This document shows positions 58,449 through 64,000 of a DNA stretch of 64,000 bases, piece after piece. The stretch lies in sequence record OQ411014.1. The stretch is one strand, 5' to 3'. Below the pieces are notes generated by a model that had not been told where the DNA came from, did no database searches, and worked only from the letters and a program-made list of their open reading frames with translations. Position numbers and translations under genes: made by a program. Each line of letters begins with the position of its first letter. Position 1 is the stretch's first letter.

Positions 58449-59780
58449 ATGTCTACTAACAACGACCTGCTGAACATCAAACTGTCCCCAAAACAAGCTA
58501 AAGCTGCTATGGAAGCTGCTGACCTGTGCCGCGATAGTCTGATGATTTGGGGTGCACCTGGTATCGGTAAATCCGCAATTGCACGTCAATACGCTGATGA
58601 GAAATATCCACTGCGTAAAGACAACGTTGGTCGTATCGCATCTCTGAACAATCGTATTGCTCAAGAAACTGATGCTGATGAGAAGAAAGCACTAGAACGT
58701 GAACTGGCTTCACTAGAATCCAAACTGATTGATCAAGATACCAACTTCATTGACTTCCGTCTGTCTCAGATTGAACCAACTGACTTACGTGGTATCCCAG
58801 TTCCAGAAAAACTGTTCCGTTCTACTAACGGTAACCTGTTGAAAGAATCTGAACTGGCTGAAGCGAAAGAGTACGTAGCTGAAACCGCAGTAACTTGGGC
58901 TGCTCCTAAAGTACTGAAACTGGCTGACGATTGGAAAGGTGTGATTCTGTTTGATGAAATCAACTCCGCAATGCCGATTGTACAAGCAGCGTCCTACCAG
59001 CTAATTCTGGACCGTTGTGTTGGTGAAATGAAACTACCATCTACTGCACTGATTCTTGCAGCAGGTAACCGTGACGGTGACGGCGGTGTAACTTTCACCC
59101 TAGCTACTCCACTGCGTGACCGTATGACTCACATTGAAGTCACTCCGAATCACACTGACTGGATTGATGACTATGCAATCAACAAGCGTCTGAACGCAGC
59201 GACTGTAGCATTCATCAACAACACTGGTAGCAAGTACTTCAACACGCTAGACCCGAACAACCCAAGCCATGCTGGTGGTACTTCTCCACGCTCTTGGGAA
59301 AAAGTAGCCGAGTACGAAGATCTGAATCAAAAAGGTCTGTTGACTAAAGAAATCTACCGTGCTATGATTGCTGGACGTGTTACCGATGGTATCGCAGTTG
59401 AGTACATCGAGTTTGTTGAGAACGTTGCATCTCTACCAGATACCATGAAGATTCTGACTGGTGAGATCAAAGAGATTGATAAAGACTTGGATATTTCTTC
59501 CAACTACTTCATCACTCTGAACCTAGTGTACAAGATTATCGCACTCTTCGAAGAGAAGAATGAGAAACGTCTAAGTGCAGAAGAGTGGAACCAAATGGCG
59601 AATAACTTCGTAGTGTTCCTAGACCACAACTTCTCTGCAACACAAGGTGAGTTGGCAGTACTAGCAATTCGTAACATTACTATCGCAGGTGTTACTATGT
59701 CTTACAACGATGTTCCAGCGTTCCAGCCGTTCGTAAAACGCTACATGGGTCTAGTTCGTAAAGCACGTGCACTGAAGTAA
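58449..59780 (+). CDS. MoxR-like AAA+ ATPase
   Basis: GAPGIGKS, DFRLSQ..PTDLRG, LFDEIN, AAGNR, LRDRM, SPRSWE. Confidence 0.88.
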   Translation: MSTNNDLLNIKLSPKQAKAAMEAADLCRDSLMIWGAPGIGKSAIARQYADEKYPLRKDNVGRIASLNNRIAQETDADEKKALERELASLESKLIDQDTNFIDFRLSQIEPTDLRGIPVPEKLFRSTNGNLLKESELAEAKEYVAETAVTWAAPKVLKLADDWKGVILFDEINSAMPIVQAASYQLILDRCVGEMKLPSTALILAAGNRDGDGGVTFTLATPLRDRMTHIEVTPNHTDWIDDYAINKRLNAATVAFINNTGSKYFNTLDPNNPSHAGGTSPRSWEKVAEYEDLNQKGLLTKEIYRAMIAGRVTDGIAVEYIEFVENVASLPDTMKILTGEIKEIDKDLDISSNYFITLNLVYKIIALFEEKNEKRLSAEEWNQMANNFVVFLDHNFSATQGELAVLAIRNITIAGVTMSYNDVPAFQPFVKRYMGLVRKARALK

Positions 59781-59786
59781 TAACTC

Positions 59787-59817
59787 AAAAGGAGGCTGAA
59801 TAATCAGTCTCCTTTTT
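59787..59817 (+). terminator. Terminator/attenuator between the AAA and vWA genes
   Basis: AAAAGGAGGCTGA-ataa-TCAGTCTCCTTTT. Confidence 0.75.
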
Positions 59818-59840
59818 AAACAAACCGAGGAAATCATATA

Positions 59841-61253
59841 ATGAGTAAATTCAATAATTTGTCTACTAAACTTCCCGATTCAGTTTTGCAAGAATGTAAT
59901 GAACGTATGGTACTAGCTCGTACTTCACTGATGCTCTCTAAACCATTCTTTGGTGTTTTGGCATCTCGTCTTCGCCCAGTACCGAATGATACTTGGTGTC
60001 GTACGATGGCAGTAGATGGCAAACACTTGTACTATAACGTAGAATTCGTTATGGGTTTACAAGACCAAACTAAACGTGCACAATACGAAGAAGCACTAAA
60101 AGAATCAATCGACGATATCAGTACTGAACAAATCAATGACGTACTGAACGGTCTATCTGACCAGAACCTGATTGCTGTACTGTGTCATGAAATTCTTCAC
60201 TGTGCTTATGACCACTTCTTGCGTCGTGGTATGCGTGACCCACAACTGTTCAACAAAGCTGCTGACTATGCAATCAACCAGATTCTAGTTCGTGAAAACA
60301 TTGGTAAGATTCAGTCTTCTTGGTTGTACGACAAGAAATATGACGGAATGACCGCTGAAGAAATCTATGTTCTTCTTGAAGAAGAGAAGAAGAAAGAAGA
60401 GCAAGAAAACGGTGGTGGTGATGGCGACGGTGATGGTTCCGATGACCAAGATGGCGATGGTGACGGAAACAGCAACGGTGGTGGTAAGAAGAAAGGTAAG
60501 AAAGGTAAAGGCGGCACAATTGACCAGCATGACGTACCACAAGAAGGTGATGGTGAAGTAAGTGATGCCAAGCGTCGTGAATATATGGAAGATTTCAAAA
60601 CTGCAATGATGAACGCAGCACGTGCTGGTGGTACTCCAGCAGAAATCGAACGTATGATTGACTCCTTCACTAAACCAAAAATCGACTGGCGTTCTAAACT
60701 ACAACGTACTATGCGTTCTTGCATGAAGTCCGATGTAATTTTCTCTAACCCAAGTCGTCGTTCTTGGAGTACGGGCTTCGGTCACAGTGGTTCTTTCTTT
60801 GGTTCTCCTATCTTCCCAGGACTGAAACCAGATGAAGATATTGATATTGCAATTGCACTTGATGCGTCAGGTTCTATCAGTAATGATATGTTGCGTGACT
60901 TCATCAGTGAAGTGATGGGAATCACCAAACAGTTCAAACAGTTCAAGATTCGTATTATGACTTTTGATACTAAGGTTTATACTGTTCGTGATTATAAAAC
61001 TGGTGAAGAGAAGAAGATTCTAGAATATCCAGTTCATGGAGGTGGTGGTACTGATTTCCAAGCAGTTTGGGATCATATGCGTGATGACAACTACCGTCCA
61101 AAACAACTCGTAATGTTCACTGATGGTGAGCCGTGGGATTCCTGGGGTGACGAAAACTATTGTAAGACTCTTTTCGTAATCCACTCCAACCCTGAAAAGA
61201 TTGCACCATTCGGTGAAACCGTACACTACGAGTACGAAGCGAAGCAACACTAA
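59841..61253 (+). CDS. DUF2201-type HExxH metallopeptidase-like + vWA domain protein
   Basis: TMAVDGKHLYYN, HEILH, N.AADYAINQ, DASGS MIDAS, GGGGTDF, FTDG. Confidence 0.88.
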   Translation: MSKFNNLSTKLPDSVLQECNERMVLARTSLMLSKPFFGVLASRLRPVPNDTWCRTMAVDGKHLYYNVEFVMGLQDQTKRAQYEEALKESIDDISTEQINDVLNGLSDQNLIAVLCHEILHCAYDHFLRRGMRDPQLFNKAADYAINQILVRENIGKIQSSWLYDKKYDGMTAEEIYVLLEEEKKKEEQENGGGDGDGDGSDDQDGDGDGNSNGGGKKKGKKGKGGTIDQHDVPQEGDGEVSDAKRREYMEDFKTAMMNAARAGGTPAEIERMIDSFTKPKIDWRSKLQRTMRSCMKSDVIFSNPSRRSWSTGFGHSGSFFGSPIFPGLKPDEDIDIAIALDASGSISNDMLRDFISEVMGITKQFKQFKIRIMTFDTKVYTVRDYKTGEEKKILEYPVHGGGGTDFQAVWDHMRDDNYRPKQLVMFTDGEPWDSWGDENYCKTLFVIHSNPEKIAPFGETVHYEYEAKQH

Positions 61254-61259
61254 TATAAA

Positions 61260-61292
61260 TAATGCGTAAGTTCAGGATGTTCTTACGCATTT
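61260..61292 (+). terminator. Rho-independent terminator
   Basis: AATGCGTAAG...CTTACGCATT plus T run. Confidence 0.75.
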
Positions 61293-61296
61293 TATT

Positions 61297-61326
61297 TTGA
61301 GATATCATAAGAAATTGTGATATAAT
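61297..61326 (+). promoter_or_regulatory. Early promoter (TTGAGA-N18-TATAAT)
   Basis: TTGAGA...TGTGATATAAT. Confidence 0.72.
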
Positions 61327-61358
61327 ATGAGTACAATAAACAATACATGGAGTGTATT

Positions 61359-61589
61359 ATGAGTGAACAAAACCAAGAACAACTAAGCATTGAAATTGAA
61401 GATATCATCAATGCAACCAAAATCATGGAAGCAGCAATCAAAGCGGGTGCTTTCGGTGTTGAAGACTTAGTAAAAGTTGCACCAATTGTTGACCGTTTCA
61501 TCAAGTTCAGTAATGCAATTATTGAACAACACAACAAAAATGTTGAAGCTCAAGAAGCGGCACAAAATGGAGGTACTGACCATGAGTAA
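61359..61589 (+). CDS. Hypothetical protein
   Basis: Start ATG 61359 (SD GGAG). Confidence 0.68.
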   Translation: MSEQNQEQLSIEIEDIINATKIMEAAIKAGAFGVEDLVKVAPIVDRFIKFSNAIIEQHNKNVEAQEAAQNGGTDHE

Positions 61590-62232
61590 GATTATCCGTC
61601 ACCAAGGTGTAGTTCGTAGTACTGGTTCCCGTGTGTTCGTTCTATGGCGACACATTCCTGATGATATCAACCACTGCCTAGTCATTTATCGTGACTCTAT
61701 TCCTGAAGTTTATATGCATACAGTGAATGAACTTGTAATGAATCAAGGTCAGAAAAGCGTTGAACTATGGGAAGTGATGGATAAAGTTGGTTATCTTGAT
61801 AATCGTAAAATGCTTGATGTTCTACACAATCTAGGTTATATTCGTAAGCAACGTACATGTGACATTGACATGCACGTGGGTGGTGGTGCGAAAGTTGCAC
61901 TCGACGAACTAAATGCTAGTATTCTTGAAGAGCGTATCCATCAAGATGGTAAAGTCAAAGACTTCAACCCATTTGATGCAAATGCACAAGACAGTACTGC
62001 TGAACGTGGTACAATCGTTGATAAACTAATTGCAGATGCAGAACAGTATCTACGTCTTCATGAAGAAAATCTTGAACGTGCTTATAACATCGACCCATCT
62101 CGTCGTCCAGTAGTTGAAGCGGCTGGTGAAGAAGATGATACCACATTCTCTATCGTTCTTGAGAAAGGCGTTTCCCAAGCGAAAGCAATTGAAATCGTCA
62201 AAAAAGCACTAGCAGCACAAAAGGCAAAATAA
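61582..62232 (+). CDS. Hypothetical protein
   Basis: Start moved to ATG 61582 (SD GGAGG). Confidence 0.72.
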   Translation: MSKIIRHQGVVRSTGSRVFVLWRHIPDDINHCLVIYRDSIPEVYMHTVNELVMNQGQKSVELWEVMDKVGYLDNRKMLDVLHNLGYIRKQRTCDIDMHVGGGAKVALDELNASILEERIHQDGKVKDFNPFDANAQDSTAERGTIVDKLIADAEQYLRLHEENLERAYNIDPSRRPVVEAAGEEDDTTFSIVLEKGVSQAKAIEIVKKALAAQKAK

Positions 62233-62233
62233 T

Positions 62234-62530
62234 ATGACTCGTGATGAAATCATTCAAATGATTCTCACTGAGCGTAATCGTCAAACAGAGAATCCAAACA
62301 CTGTTTCTGACTTACACAAAACCAAAAATGATTGGGCTGCTTTGGCAGCCTATTATTTGTTTGAAGGTGCAAGTCGTTCCGATAAACATGTATCTTTCGA
62401 AGAGTTTCGTAGTTCTCTAGTTCAAACTGCTGCCGTCATTATTGCAGCACTAGAAACCAGCTATGCTCATGAGAATGAAACGGTTCGAGATTTACTATCT
62501 CAACTGGAAAATAAAGATGACAAGCAATGA
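62234..62530 (+). CDS. MazG-like (all-alpha NTP pyrophosphohydrolase-like) small protein
   Basis: ERNRQ...DW...LVQTAAVIIAALE. Confidence 0.5.
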   Translation: MTRDEIIQMILTERNRQTENPNTVSDLHKTKNDWAALAAYYLFEGASRSDKHVSFEEFRSSLVQTAAVIIAALETSYAHENETVRDLLSQLENKDDKQ

Positions 62531-63107
62531 GTTACAACTTGCTCTTAGTGATCTAGATAATGTATGTTATAGTGGCGGTGCTAAAGGGGCAGACCGCCTC
62601 TTTGGTATCTGGGCTACTGAAAATGGTTTTCAAGAAGTACATTTCTCTTTCAAGAAACATAATTATGTTGTAGATGAAAGTACTATCATTGAAATTCCAG
62701 ATTCGATTCTACAGGATAGTACTGTAATCGATAAACTCAAGAAAGCGAACTACTCTTTAGGAAGAAGTATTCCAAAGAAAGGTTCTTATGTTTATAATCT
62801 ACTTGCACGTAATACGTTTCAAGTTCTTCTTACTGAACGTGTGTATTGCATCAGTCCTTTAGCATCACCAACAACCGTTTCAGGTGGTACAGCATGGGCT
62901 GTTCAAATGTACATTGACCAGTACGAGAATCCTGTAATTTACGGTTATGACCCACTTCGGAAAGAAGCATATCAGTACTGTAATACTAAGAAAGAATTCA
63001 TTACAGTTGATTCTGTTCCAGCACCTACTGGTAAATGGACAGGTATTGGTTCACGTGAAACTACAGAGAATCACATGCAAGCATTCGTTAGTTACTTCAG
63101 GAGTTGA
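62517..63107 (+). CDS. SLOG/YspA-like nucleotide-binding protein
   Basis: SGGAKGAD, RNTFQV, SGGTAWAV, WTGIGSR. Confidence 0.6.
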   Translation: MTSNELQLALSDLDNVCYSGGAKGADRLFGIWATENGFQEVHFSFKKHNYVVDESTIIEIPDSILQDSTVIDKLKKANYSLGRSIPKKGSYVYNLLARNTFQVLLTERVYCISPLASPTTVSGGTAWAVQMYIDQYENPVIYGYDPLRKEAYQYCNTKKEFITVDSVPAPTGKWTGIGSRETTENHMQAFVSYFRS

Positions 63108-63373
63108 TGATGAGTGATGAGTGTGATAATTGCGATTACCGTTATGAATCAGGCCACAGAGACGGATATGAGCAAGGTTGTAAAGACTCCAGTTCGGAAA
63201 ATTACGAACAAGGTTATAAAGATGCAAAAGACGAAGGTGCTAGAGAATTAGATGATCAATTAGCGAACATGAGTTCGAACTTCTCTAGTGTAATACGAGA
63301 TTTAGTTGCAAGGAATAAGCAACTACAGCAAGAAATTTATGAGATAAGGAAATCCAATGCAACAGCTTCATGA
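63104..63373 (+). CDS. Hypothetical protein with GYxxG repeats
   Basis: GHRDGYEQG...YEQGYKDA then coiled coil. Confidence 0.6.
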   Translation: MMMSDECDNCDYRYESGHRDGYEQGCKDSSSENYEQGYKDAKDEGARELDDQLANMSSNFSSVIRDLVARNKQLQQEIYEIRKSNATAS

Positions 63374-64000
63374 TTTATATTCAAAAGTACTAAACGAAGG
63401 TGTCACATCAGAAGACCGTACTGGTACTGGTACTATCAAACTGATTGGTCAACAAATGCGTTTCGATTTGAAAGAAGGCTTCCCAGCGACAACAACGAAA
63501 CGTCTAGCATGGAAAGCAATGACTTCTGAACTGTTGTGGTTCCTCGAAGGTTCACAAAACGAACGTCGTTTATGTGAAATTCTACATGGTACTACTGACC
63601 CAGAGAAACGTACAATCTGGACTGGTAACTATGAGAATCAAGGACAGAAACTTGGATACGTCAATGGCAATCTCGGCCCTGTTTATGGTAAACAATGGCG
63701 TGAGTGGGAAGATGTAGTTATCCTTCCTGGTGTGTACACTGAAGTAGTAAAACATACTGAAATGGGTTACAATCTAGTTGAACGTACTACTAGTGGTATG
63801 TATGTAATGCAACGTACTATTGACCAGATTGCAGTACTGGTTGATGGTTTGAAGAATGATCCAAACGGTCGCCGCCACATCCTATCTGCATGGAACGTTG
63901 GTGATTTAGATAAGATGGCACTACCACCTTGTCATAGTTTTGTTCAGTTCTTTGTGGTTGATGGTAAGCTAAGTTGCTCACTATATCAACGCAGTGCAGA
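63357..64000 (+). CDS. thyA: Thymidylate synthase, partial (runs off the window)
   Basis: Not in the ORF track; my translation: [60 protein letters not shown]. Confidence 0.95.
   Translation, partial: MQQLHDLYSKVLNEGVTSEDRTGTGTIKLIGQQMRFDLKEGFPATTTKRLAWKAMTSELLWFLEGSQNERRLCEILHGTTDPEKRTIWTGNYENQGQKLGYVNGNLGPVYGKQWREWEDVVILPGVYTEVVKHTEMGYNLVERTTSGMYVMQRTIDQIAVLVDGLKNDPNGRRHILSAWNVGDLDKMALPPCHSFVQFFVVDGKLSCSLYQRSA

Noticed and set aside
60400-60530. GGT/GAT/GAC microrepeats
   Set aside because: They encode the normal Gly/Asp/Lys low-complexity linker of DUF2201-type proteins; not an array.

Overview
This window is a 64 kb segment of a large lytic dsDNA myovirus genome. It is AT-rich (about 35-37% GC by eye), uses the standard genetic code, and has about 100 densely packed CDS, all on + except one partial Ig-like gene at the left edge. 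The gene content resembles T4-superfamily jumbo phages of the RaK2/GAP32/121Q type (inference, not a database match): T4-like neck, sheath, tube and head-completion genes, TAAATA late promoters, GroES, PhoH, NrdDG, tk, dNMP kinase, ThyA, CCA enzyme, RNA ligase, HPF and a MoxR-vWA pair. From left to right: an NAD-salvage/anti-defence island (NadM-Nudix + Nampt, Ntn-hydrolase, Acb1-like 2H phosphoesterase, Zn-less Sir2, Nudix; 0.7-8 kb); PhoH, GroES, deaminase and kinase (8-16 kb); nrdDG; three related virion-appendage genes (18.9-24.9 kb); an RlaP-like NTase and spanins; an ORF-free, promoter-driven, hairpin-rich ~500-nt ncRNA candidate (28.7-29.2 kb); small hypotheticals; RNA ligase, HNH, LysM-lysozyme and HPF; a five-gene paralog array with a shared C-terminal motif; CCA, Nudix-Grx and macro; the tail/neck module (45.7-53 kb); probable internal head proteins; the MoxR-vWA operon; and thyA (truncated by the edge). 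The strongest unexplained signals are (1) frame-independent over-representation of the palindrome AGTACT/CAGTACTG (about 10-fold and about 90-fold in a hand count of 1-6000) and (2) the large structured ncRNA candidate. No tRNA, rRNA, CRISPR array or transposase was seen. All functional calls are motif recognition by eye and all counts are manual.
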